Positions 1-11,086 of a stretch of DNA of 46,906 bases are shown here, in pieces (within the stretch, counting starts at the first letter, position 1; each line of letters begins with the position of its first letter). The translations under genes were made by a program, and so were the position numbers. Origin of the DNA: Circinaria calcarea (taxonomy: Eukaryota); NCBI GenBank assembly GCA_051942165.1, contig JAVECS010000015.1, positions 1 through 46,906 on the forward strand. The letters run 5' to 3'. A model generated the notes under the pieces. The model was not told the origin of the DNA. It ran no database searches and saw nothing but the letters and a program-made list of their open reading frames with translations.

Positions 1-377
1 ATATTATATATATAAGCGCGTAATAATTATCGATCCTTAATTAATCCCCGTTTAGATTTTCTTAATTATTTTTTTGTTCTCTTACGCCTGCAATAATCCA
101 GGTCCGAATATGGCGCCTATATTGTTTACTGCTTCTGATTATCAGGGCTTTTCGTGACAGCCTTGACGCAAGCAGCAACAGCGAATTCGAGTTGCCGATA
201 CAACAACCGACATACAGAGTACCAACGGCAGAACTCACATATTGTTGTCGGCATTAAACAAATTAAATAGCTCACTATCGTAACTCTCTCGAGGCTGACT
301 ACTTAGGCCTTCGGTGCATGGGCAATATCGGAATGCGCGGTGAAGGGGATAGAAGAAATAAGATATAATACTTAATA

Positions 378-1390
378 ATGTCGCAAAGGCAAGTGAGGCG
401 CAGCTTGCAAGCCACGGGTTGAATTGCTGATGAGCTTTCACAGAAGAGAATATCACATAGTAGTTCTTGGCGCTGGCAAGTTTACTCAACACCCAAAGCA
501 CATTCCAACCATGCTGACTTTATAAATTCCATAGGGGGAGTTGGGAAAAGCTGTCTTACTGGTTAGCAACTAGTCGCTCGAAGCTGGGAGGGCTGAACAG
601 ATCAGACGCTTATTACTTTTTGCTTGCAGCGCAATTCGTACAAAACGTGTGGATAGAAAGCTATGACCCAACAATCGAAGACTCCTACAGGAAACAGATT
701 GAAGTGGATGTGGGTACGTCAGTGTTATACAAGCCATCAGCTTCTAACGTGCAACAGGGCCGTCAATGTATTTTAGAGATGTACAATGTATACTTCACGG
801 ACCACGAACTGGAGCTGATGAAGCATAGTTTAGACACCGCTGGCACGGAGCAATTTAGTTTGTCCCCCTACATTGCTAGATGCTGAACCCTTACTCATAA
901 AAACTCTTAGCCGCCATGAGGTATAATATAACGCAGCGAGTGAGCGCAAGCGTATGCTGATCGATCGCACAGAGAATTGTACATGAAGTCTGGCCAGGGA
1001 TTCCTTCTGGTCTTTTCCATCACCAGTTTGAGTAGCCTCAATGAGCTGTATGAGCTTCGGGAGCAGATTATTCGAATCAAGGATGATGAAAGAGTTCCAT
1101 TGGTAATAGTTGGCAACAAGTCTGATCTCGAGGAGAATAGAGCGGTGTCTCGAGCTCGAGCCTTCGCCGTCTCCGAAGGTTGGGGCAATGCGCCTTATTA
1201 TGAAACTTCCGCACGGCAACGAGCAAATGTTGATGAGGCGTTTGTGGATCTCTGCAGGCAGATAATCCGCAAAGATATTGTCACCGCGCAGGTCCAAGAA
1301 ATGGAAAGCGGCCGACGTCCAAGAGACAGACATCGTCGGCAACCCCACCGAAAACCACCAAGGAGAGATCCACGATGTACAATCCTCTGA
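378..1390 (+). CDS. RSR1: Ras-family GTPase Rsr1/Bud1 (Rap-like), 7 exons
   Basis: Spliced product [46 protein letters not shown]...[23 protein letters not shown]...GNKSD...ETSA. G1-G5 motifs are present and the protein ends in the CAAX box CTIL. Introns 389-443 and 476-534 are GC-AG. Confidence 0.93.
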
Positions 1391-1605
1391 CTGTTATCAT
1401 ATGGCTCTTTTTCATTACATTTGTGGTAGATTTCATACATATCATGTAACATGTGCGTCATTCCGTATTGAGCTCTGTTTCGACCTACATGCATAACGAT
1501 GTTTGGTGCACGTAGCTCACAAGCAAACAATACAGACCAAGACTTGTTTGACACTTTCGGTCGATAAGAAAGTTGGGATTGGGAAGCATTGCCCATCTTA
1601 AAGCA

Positions 1606-3637
1606 TCACATCCTGAAGACACCGAACTTCGTTGAGGGCTTTGTATTAGTTCCTTCCGAGGCTACCCTGAGAGCTTGTCCAAGAAAAGATCTGGTGTGGG
1701 CGGGGTGGATTATGCCATCGTCCCATAGATGTGCTGATGAGAATGTCGCATCGCTTTCACGCTCTATGCGGTCTTTAAGATCGGAATCGATAGATTTTCC
1801 AACGGTACGCATAACAGCACTCAGCTGTTCTGAACCCATAACCCCGATTTTAGCATTCGGCCACATCCATAAGAACCGTGGTGAATAAGCACGACCACTA
1901 TATGCTGGTCAATTTACGCTAGGAACCTCAGAGGTTCCCTCTGGCTTACCACATCCCATAGTTTCCAGCGCCTGCACTTGCACCGAAAACGATTGTGAAT
2001 TTGGGCACTTCAGCACAGGCAACTGCGGTGACTAGCTTCGCACCATTCTTCGCGATACCTCCCTTCTCTGCGTCAGCGCCTACCATGAAGCCACTGATGT
2101 TCTGCAGGAAGATTAAGGGAATATCTCGCTGGGCACATAGCTGGATGAAGTGTGCACCTTTTAACGACGACTCGGAAAATAATATCCCGTTATTGGCAAC
2201 GACTCCAATCTGATGGCCATATATTCGGGCGAAGCCTAATAGCGTCAGATACCCGAGGCTCAACAAGGACTATTTCTATTACCTGTGACTAAAGTCGATC
2301 CATAGTCTTTCTTGAATTCGGAGAATTCACTTCCATCAACGATTCTGGCTATAATCTCATGTACTGGAATCGGCTTTCGAAGGTTCGTACCGACGATTCC
2401 TGCTAATTCGGCCGCATCGTACAACGGCTCTTTGAAGGAGTTGTCGGTTTGCACCTTCGGCAGATTCAAATTACTTATGGATCTCCTTGCCAGCACCAAA
2501 GCGTGTGTGTCATCAACGGCTAGATAATCAGCCACACCAGAGATTGAGCTGTGTAGCTTTCCGCCTCCAAGGTTCTCCGCAGAAACGACCTCGCCGATGG
2601 CAGCCTTGACAAGGGGCGGTCCCGCTAAGAAGATGGTACCTTGGTTTTCGACGATAATGGATTCATCCGACATTGCTGGCACATATGCACCTCCCGCAGT
2701 GCACGGACCCATCACTACAGATATCTGAGCAATTCCGGAGGCGCTCACTGGCATTATCAGCATAAGTTATACTCATCTCGGTTAAGGGTAGGGTGACTTT
2801 TCGCTTGGTTATAGAATATCCGACCAAAATGGTCTCGGTCCGGGAAAACATTTGCTTGATGCGGCAGATTCGCTCCACCTGAGTCTACCAGATATATGCA
2901 TGGCAATCCTTTACGATGTTCAGCCACCAGATAGGCCAAGAATGAGAAGACACGAGTTCCTACTGTTCTCTTGAGCGATTGCTTGCGCTCGAAGGTGCTT
3001 CTTCACAGTTATGGGGTAGTACGTGCCACCTTTTACACTACTATCAATAAGCCGGGATGGAGCCAGGGGCCTGCAAATCGATTGAACATACGTGCTATCA
3101 TTCGCAACTATCATACATGAAACCCCTTGCACCCTGCCGACACCTGTGATAATGCCCCCAGCTGGAACGTTTTCTTCAGGATACATGTCGTAACCCGCCA
3201 GTGGGGAAAGCTCGAGGAACGGTGTACCCGGATCAATAAGAGTGGTGACACGGCTAGGAGAGACTTAGTTTAATTTCTTCCGACACTGGTCCCACTGTGA
3301 GAAGATACTCTCGCGGTAGCATCTTGCCACGAGCAATGTGCTTGTCTCTTGCCTTCAAAGATCCTCCTGCTTCGATTCCTTCATGTAAACATTTCATTCG
3401 ATTCAGGGCAGCTGTCATTTGCTGGGCATTCTCTCTATAGTCCAACGAGGATGGGTCGACATTTGTAGCGAGGACTGATAATGCTGAAGCATGATGGCCA
3501 TACGTATAATTAGCTACCGACCGTGTGAGATTGAGCCAAGGAGTACATCGCGGCGTATATGGGCGGATGGGTAATGTTCCACATATGACGATTCTGTTTG
3601 AAGCAACCCCTAATGCTGGCCTGGTCTTCGAGGTCAT
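1606..3637 (-). CDS. mccB: 3-methylcrotonyl-CoA carboxylase beta (carboxyltransferase) subunit, mitochondrial, multi-exon
   Basis: Motifs [70 protein letters not shown] and C-terminal FGVFRM. Start codon chosen by inference. Confidence 0.95.
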
Positions 3638-3874
3638 GGTTCCTCTCTGATAGACTTCGTTCTTGTCCCTGTGAAGTTGAGAGGTTGAGGGAGGGCTTCT
3701 CAGGCGTGGGAAAGGAAGCCGGCCGCCGCTAGCCGAAGCCCTGTTCTCCGGCCGCATGACTGCTGAAAATCACTTCGATTAAGAAAATCTCGGGCGAAAT
3801 CGCCTTCGTTCAATAACTTCAATCATGCGTTCTTATACACTCAAAAGCGAGCAGTCTAAGAATTGACTGTCACC

Positions 3875-4709
3875 ATGGTAAGGATTAGCCCATGCAAATT
3901 CCGTGGGTTCTGACCGAACTCACTGCAGGCGCGCAATTCCGAAAAAGCCCAGTCGATGCTCTTCCGCTTTCGCGCCCAACAAGCTGCAGATTTAGGAATT
4001 GTCGACGCCGGCAGAGCTCGTAGGCCAAAGGTCATAACTGAGGTCAACTCAATCCCCACATGTGAGAAGTGGCGTGGGCATGTCCTCAAAGAGATCTCGC
4101 GGAAGGTGTCGCGAATCCAAGAATCAAATCTCAGCGACTTCCAGATCAGGGACTTGAATGATGAAATCAACAAAGCTATGAGGGAGAAGCATATGTGGGA
4201 GGTACAGATTAGGAATTTAGGTGGCCCGAACTACATGCGGGGTGGTAGGGTGTATGACGATGAAGGGAGAGAGATACCTGGCGGTGGGAAGGGGTACAAG
4301 TCCGTACTACAACGGTTTTCCCTTTAGACCCAAATACTAAACGTACCCTAGATATTTTGGAAGAGCACGGGAGCTACCAGGGGTCAAGGAGCTATTCGAA
4401 TCCTCCAAACCAAAAGCCCTAGACAAGCCGTTGGAGGGCCGGGCAGATTTACGCAAACAGGTGGATGCTTCCTACTATGGTTACAACCTCGATGAGGAGG
4501 ATGGAACTTTGCTAGCGTATGAAGTCGAAAAAGAGAAGGAAGCATACGAGAACCTCTTTAAGAGTGGTGATGAAGACTCGGACCCGGCCTGGGAGCCATT
4601 GCCCGGAGACGCCGGCGATGGCAGAGGATGGAATCTGCCATCCGCCGAGGAAGTCCAAGAGGAGCTTGTAGGTCGGAGAAGACGGCGGTTGCTGGATGAG
4701 CTGGGTTGA
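3875..4709 (+). CDS. ISY1: Pre-mRNA splicing factor Isy1 (NineTeen complex)
   Basis: ATG|gtaagg...cag|ARNSEKAQSMLFRFR, QIRDLNDEINK, LGGPNY, GYK|YFGRARELPGVKELFE. Confidence 0.95.
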
Positions 4710-5273
4710 TGTACCATCTTCTTTCTCCATTCTTCTTCAAGCCAATATGTCCAAATGTTTAAACTTCTTAACTCGAGTTCCGTCCTGGCTGGCTTACGCC
4801 GCAGCGTCGTAGAACAGCCTCGGCCCTGTCGTTCCAGTAGAATTATATACCTCGACAGTAAAGCTCAATTCTTCTTTTTAGAATCGTCTCGTACCAAATA
4901 CATCCTTTTTTTAGGCCAGATTCACTGTTTAAAGATGGGCGGCGGAAGATTATCGAGATAATTCGAAGAAGCGATTGCATTCCTTCATAGAAGAGGAGTC
5001 AAAGCTGTAAGTTATTGCTCAAACAGCAAAAACTCCAACTGGTATTCGTTAGGAGGGCTATTTACCCCAGCGAGTGAGTCGGGGTATATTATAGCGCGAG
5101 AGTTTACGTATCTTTGTACTAAGCCAAAAATATCTAGTATATGCATGACAATTCAATAGCGAACGAAGGGGTTGCCTACTAATACTAGGTATCGTGAGAT
5201 TTCACCGAACGGTATTGTCGTATCCTTCCACGTATGGTTGGGGAAATTGAGAAAATAGCGAATAGATACTTGC

Positions 5274-6385
5274 TCAGCCTGCATTAATATGTCGTTGCTT
5301 CAATCGTTTTCGCCTGGCGTCTCTCTCTAATTTGCGCGCCTGACTTATACTCCTATTCAGACTCTCAAGGATGTTCAGATCCCCTTCAAAGCCGCTCTCA
5401 GTGATATTGTCGAGGACGAACTTTCCCAAGTGACTCCCTCTCCATCGCTGGATCAGCCATAGGGCTGAGGCCTCCAGATCTGGCAAACCCCCTTTCTGCA
5501 GTCGTCCGGTCTTGCGAGCGACGGCTTCGAGAAAAGACATGATATCGTTTGTAGGAAGCATGTACTCTTGGTAGAGTGTAGGCTTGCTGAGGTTCATTTG
5601 GTAGAGCAGGTAATCCGCCAGGGTAACTGGCGCAATAATCGTATCCTTAACGCTACCACAGAGCGCTAATTTGAGCATCGATTCAGCATTGCGTACATAA
5701 GGAACAAAGACACCGGGAGTATCCACAAGATAAACGGCCTCTCTGTTCCCTGTGGCTTCGATGACCTTCACAGTAGTGCCAATCTTCCTGGTGATGCCGG
5801 GTTGAGCACCTGTGTGAGCGGCCTTACCCTTCTGTACTCCAAGCTGCCGTAATGAATTCAGAAGGGATGATTTGCCAACATTGGGCATGCCTACAATCAT
5901 CATTCTCGAGCCTGTAAGATTATCCGCCGCGGCGGCATGATCCCGGGCAAAGTTCAAAATCTTTCTGACGGAATGGGGATCTCTGTAGTCGGAGAAGAGC
6001 ACGGGGGACGGATGATGCCATTGACGGATGATATCTTCTCTCTACATTCACGTTGAGTCATTAGTCCATTCTCTTACCCAGATGAATAGGCGAGAAAGCA
6101 GAATAGAAGAACTGGTCGCCCAACTTTAGCATCCGAGTCCCTACCCTCACTACCAAGATCTTGCTTCGTGTAAACAATCAGCCTCTGCCGCCCTGCAAGA
6201 TTCTCTTCGAAGAGAGGATTCCGTGATGTGAGAGGCACGCGATAGTCACGGCACTCTATAACAAGATCAATCGATGACAGCAAGGTCTTCATCTTGTTAA
6301 GTCCGGCGCGATGGTGGCCCAGGAAGTAGGATCGGGGTAGGGAGTCGACGGTGGGGAATACCCGGCGAGGGATGAAAGAAGCCAT
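5274..6385 (-). CDS. MTG1: Mitochondrial ribosome-associated circularly permuted GTPase Mtg1 (RbgA family)
   Basis: SYFLGHH, ECRDYRVPLTSRNP, GMPNVGKSSL, PGITR, DTPG. One intron of about 6045-6123. Confidence 0.92.
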
Positions 6386-6687
6386 AAAGCAATTGTCGGA
6401 TCATCACAAACAGTCGGATCGAAACTACCAGTGTGCATAGTACAACTATCCGCGGGCTATTGTCATTATGATGAGAGGAGATGCCAAGGAGTCTTTGATT
6501 ATTGATAGCACCAATTGAGAAACTTTTCTAAACCGTAGCAAGTGATAGCGGGCCGAATGTTCCCCGAAGGGCTGGTTGAAGACTTCTATTTATGATTGAG
6601 GAAGCACTGGTAAACCCGCAGCGTCCTCATACACTATGGTGGCATCTGGATGATCGTAATCGTAGCGACCGGTATAGAAGAGTCCTA

Positions 6688-8933
6688 ATGGCTCTCATAT
6701 CTTCATTCAAGCCTCCATCTACACGAATGGGAATACTGAAGCACAGGCCCATTCAGACCCGTGCCGAGGAGAATAGCATCAGTGCTACCCAGGACGTCAA
6801 TGCCGAAGAGCTCGATCATTCATATATCAGGCCCTCCAAACACACGCCTAAACCTCTCCGGGTACTCAGAGGGAGTATTAGCTCGGGAGGGCCTTTGAGA
6901 CCATTCCGATTGATCCGGCAGGATCTCCGGCACCTGAAGAAAAGATATCCTTCCGACTGGACTTTATTCAATCAACTGGTTTTGGCCAGTGCAGTCTACG
7001 TCTTCTTCACCAATCTCTTACCAGGCGTCACTTTTGCCAGTGACTTGTACGTATCGACAGGACAGAATTGGGGGACTATCGAAGTCATATTCAGCACCGG
7101 CTTGTGTGGGATCATCTTCTCCATGTCAGTACCCACTTTCTCTCTTTTCTCATGGTGCCTATAGTTCCGCGTAGCCCTTGGTTCAAAGAAGCTATCAGAG
7201 TCCATTATGTCGGCCATTCCGCTTCTACCGATGGCTGTTGCTCCTGCTTTTTTTATCTAGAGCATTCGAGTCTGTATTGCTAGCCATGTTACGATCGTAA
7301 ATCACACGTATCAGCATGCACACATTTCCCCAGCCCTTCAAGAGGTTTGTTGACCTTGGCTTAATGTTCGCTGCGCGCCTTGAGTACGAGCAATCTGTAA
7401 GGCTGCCACCAGGACTCATCCACAAGCAGATTCTCCATACAACCTTTGACCATACTTGGTGTGACAGGCCCGTTCTCTGTCCTGGCGGAAAATATACATT
7501 CTCTCTGTGTTGGATCTTTTCATGTGAGTGGGTCATGGCTCCTTGTACATCCCCGCTCTTGATATCGAATCATCAACAGATTCCATTCTTACCTCTCATG
7601 GCATGGGCCTTGATCCATGCCGCGTGGATGCACTATATTCTAGCTATCATCAACGCCCACGACTGGACTATGCGCTACGTGACCACCTTCTCGACCGAGA
7701 TCTTCTCCCTTCTAAACAGCATCATTTATTTTCACAAGGCGATTCAGGAGCTCCAGCGAACCCACGATACTCTCTCATTCGCAGCATTCTTATATGCAAT
7801 CATCGGTGCTGTCGGGACAATGCTTCTGGCCATATTCCTTTCTACGGCCAATAGCTGGAAACCCCTTTTTCATCGGTATGTCCGTGTGGGATTGACGGAA
7901 TATGCAGCGGCAATCAGTATCATAGTATTTATTGGCATACCGCACCTTGGTCAACTGGGAACGCTGGATAAATCGATATTATCGGTGAGCACCTCATTTC
8001 AACCAACCAGTCCGAATCGCTCCACATTCTTCGTTCAAATTTGGCATCTACCAGGCTCGTGGGTCGCTGCCGCTATCATTCCAGGATTCATTATTACTGT
8101 TCTCTTCTTCTTTGATCATGAAGTCAGCAGCATCATCTGTACCATTGATCGCTATGGGACTAAGAAGCCAGGCGGCTTTGCATGGGATATCATCCTTCTC
8201 GGTACCACCACGGCATTGTGCGGTATACTAGGTATTCCACCTGCGAACGGACTTCTTCCTCAGGCTCCACTGCATTCAGAGAGTCTGATGCACGTGGAGA
8301 AAGAAGAGACCGCAATGATAGTCGACGGGGAGGAGAGGGTCGAGATAAAGGAATTCACAGGGGTATATGAGCAAAGGTGGAGCGCCTTTCTACATGCTGC
8401 GGCGATTCTTGTCTTCGTTAGCCCCCCGTTTCAACGCGTTCTCGGCTTGACACCCACCAGTGTCTTAGCCGGTCTGTTTCTCTTTATGGGAGAGCAGAGT
8501 CTCTCAGTGAAGTAAGCTCCCCCCAATTCAAGTCGGGTCCCTTAAACTTGACAGCTTATCAAAGTACAGTCCGATTCTATTCCGATTTTTCTATTTAATA
8601 ACCCCTATATCTGAACTTCCAGCCTTGCCATCTCGCGTCAAGAGTTACAAGGGAGTCCACCTTTATACCATCGTCCAAGTTGTTGTCGCCACTGCCATCT
8701 TTATTCTTACCCTGACCAAGGGAGCCCCTGCCTTCCCACTTGTCATTATCGCGCTTGTTCCTATCCGACTCGTGGTAATGAATAGGGTATGGGATCGCGA
8801 GGTACTAAGGTTCGTAGATGCCTGGGCATGCCGCGAAGGTACACCGGAGGATGACGCAGACCGACAAAAGGAGTCGGAGCAGCAAGGAGGAGAGGAAGTC
8901 TTCCTGCAACATCAAACCGTGGTAGGAGTATAG
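6688..8933 (+). CDS. BOR1: SLC4/HCO3- transporter family protein, Bor1-like borate efflux transporter
   Basis: FFTNLLPGVTFA; an exon at 7430-7523 reading FSIQPLTILGVTGPF (missed by the ORF track); LFFFDHEVS, KKPGGFAWD, NGLLPQAPLH, VYEQRWS. Start is uncertain (6688 or 6727). Confidence 0.85.
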
Positions 8934-9900
8934 AGTGGCTATGACATGTGCACTGGCAAACGAAACATAACCCGGTTCTGCTTCTATTCTCAAGTTAATC
9001 CTGATGGGCGGTGTATTGGTGGTATCCTGAGAACGGATGAGTTCTAGAGGAATACGCTGTAGGTAGTACTAAACGTCTTGGTCAATAAGAGGTTAGTACA
9101 AGAAGCGCTATATTATTAGCGGGCTGTTCATGAGAATACGACTGGATCGGGATTGGGAATTCTGGAAGTCATCTGCAACAGAGGGTAAAAGATATCTTAT
9201 CGATTGTTTTTCCGTTAACATCAATCTCATATCCGATCCGCTTGTTCTAGCTGCCGTTTCTGCTGTCTTCTATACTCAAAAGTCTCAGACCATTTCATAT
9301 CATGGAACACTGTTAGCAAAAGACGGGGGTTTGGAACTCTGATGAAGCTAGTTGATTCGAATGTAGAATAGTCTACTATATCTTCGCATATTGGAAGCCT
9401 TGCTGTCGAGGGGACTGTAATCATAGAAAGGTAATTTAACCTTGAACACGTTAGAGATGGGGCTGCCTCTGGTGGCAGCTTTTACCGCAATTTCTCTCAG
9501 TTCATTCTCTACAGCAAGAAGGGTGAGCAGTACTCTGATACCGGAACATGAGATGGGTAAAAGACTTAGTACCGCGAGGAGGACACGCACATATGTGGTG
9601 ACATCTACTTTGGACGTAGCTGCCTAGATGGTATTGTGATGAAAGCAAACCATTCAATGTTTCAAATTTCAAGCACTACAGGAAGGCCATCGTGGATGAA
9701 TCAGGTTTCAAAGATTGGACAGGCTCATTTACAGTAATAAGGAAAGCGGAAACGAGGGCGAACAGACTTAGGATATACAGATGCAACAAACAAAGACTCG
9801 CGAGAGACGGCCGACCGGAAACGGAACTACCGATCCCGTGCTGCGCAGACCACTCCAGCCCTGCGCTGCCCGGTTTAAATCTCGGCACAAAGCACTAGTA

Positions 9901-10075
9901 CAGAGGTGTATTGCAAAACTCATGGCATATACGCTAAAAGCTCCGGGGTATCGGTAGGCTCAGCTCCGGAGGGGTGTTATCACCTAACCTTAGTGTACTC
10001 ATCACTAATGTTGGCTGGGTAATAGCCCGGATAAACTTTTAGCGTACATGCCATGAATTATACAATACACCTCTA
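9901..10075. mobile_element. Miniature inverted-repeat transposable element (MITE-like, Tc1/mariner-type TA flanks)
   Basis: TIRs 9901-9940 (cagaggtgtattgcaaaactcatggcatatacgctaaaag) and 10036-10075 are reverse complements at 35/40 positions. TA lies on both flanks (9899-9900, 10076-10077). No coding capacity. Confidence 0.8.
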
Positions 10076-10249
10076 TACTACCAATCTAATAAACCCTACG
10101 TGTCGCTTGCCTTGGAAGGCTGAAACTGTCACTAGCGTTTTTCAAGGCCTCTCGGCCGCTCGAAAGGTTTGCCGAGATTTAATCTGCTGGTTTAATTTAT
10201 ACCGGATACAAGATACTGCCTCGATGGCATTTAATTCCGAGCTGGCAAG

Positions 10250-10806
10250 ATGGTAGTGAAGATTCGACTTGCACGTTTCGGCAAGGCTAACGCTCCCTTC
10301 TATAACATTGTTGTCGCGCAGGCAAGGTATATCTATGGCTCTACATGTCTGTTTGGATCCGCACGCTGACGAGCAGCCACAGAAGCGCAAGGAACAGCAA
10401 GCCTATAGAGGTGCTAGGTAGTTCTTTTCCAGGGGTAACATCTTTACGGTTTATCGAACTCTCTAAAGGACTCCCCAGGAACATATGACCCCATACCCAA
10501 ACCTCCACGGCAAGGAGAAGGCAAGCCCTTCAAGGACATCAAACTCGACACGGCAAGAGCAAAGTACTGGCTTGGGGTGGGCGCACAACCTTCGGATCCG
10601 GCTTGGAGGTTGCTTTCGATGGTACGTCGATATCGAGGCTAGCTCGGACCGCCAGCGTCGCTGATGCACCATACAAATAGATCGGCCTCCTTGAGCCGCG
10701 CTACAGCATTCTCCAGGCTCGGCAGAAATCGAAGGCACTCGGACTAGGAGACGCCAAAGACCTCGAGAAATCCTCGAGGACAGAGCCGGTGGCGGAAAAG
10801 CGATAA
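10250..10806 (+). CDS. MRPS16: Mitochondrial ribosomal protein bS16m, 4 exons (absent from the ORF track)
   Basis: Spliced product MVVKIRLARFGKANAPFYNIVVAQAR|SARNSKPIEVLG|TYDPIPKP...ARAKYWLGVGAQPSDPAWRLLSM|IGLLEP. Confidence 0.93.
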
Positions 10807-11086
10807 TTGCCCAAGGCACGTAAGGCTGGGTTATTCGATGTTAGTTAGCGAATAGGCATGGCATGGTGTTTACGGCGTTTAAAGGCATTTCTTGGTATAC
10901 CACGGCGTCACTGCGACTGTGGTTCATAAGTCATGAGAGAAATGACATTTGAGTGAGATCCCGCTATTGTAGATATCATTAGAAGCCCTCGGCCTGTATA
11001 CCAATCTTCAAATCCATTGCTATCTAACACTGCCTCCCTCAACACGCCCTGTTGGGCGAATTCTGACAGCCTCAGCACGCCCCCCA

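Noticed and set aside
1..80. AT-rich, TA-rich window start, possibly the edge of a RIP-mutated repeat
   Set aside because: Too short and truncated to support a call.
7117..7438. TTCTCCAT repeated on both sides of BOR1 intron 1, like a target-site duplication
   Set aside because: Explained by the repeated Phe-Ser-Ile codons of the protein motif.
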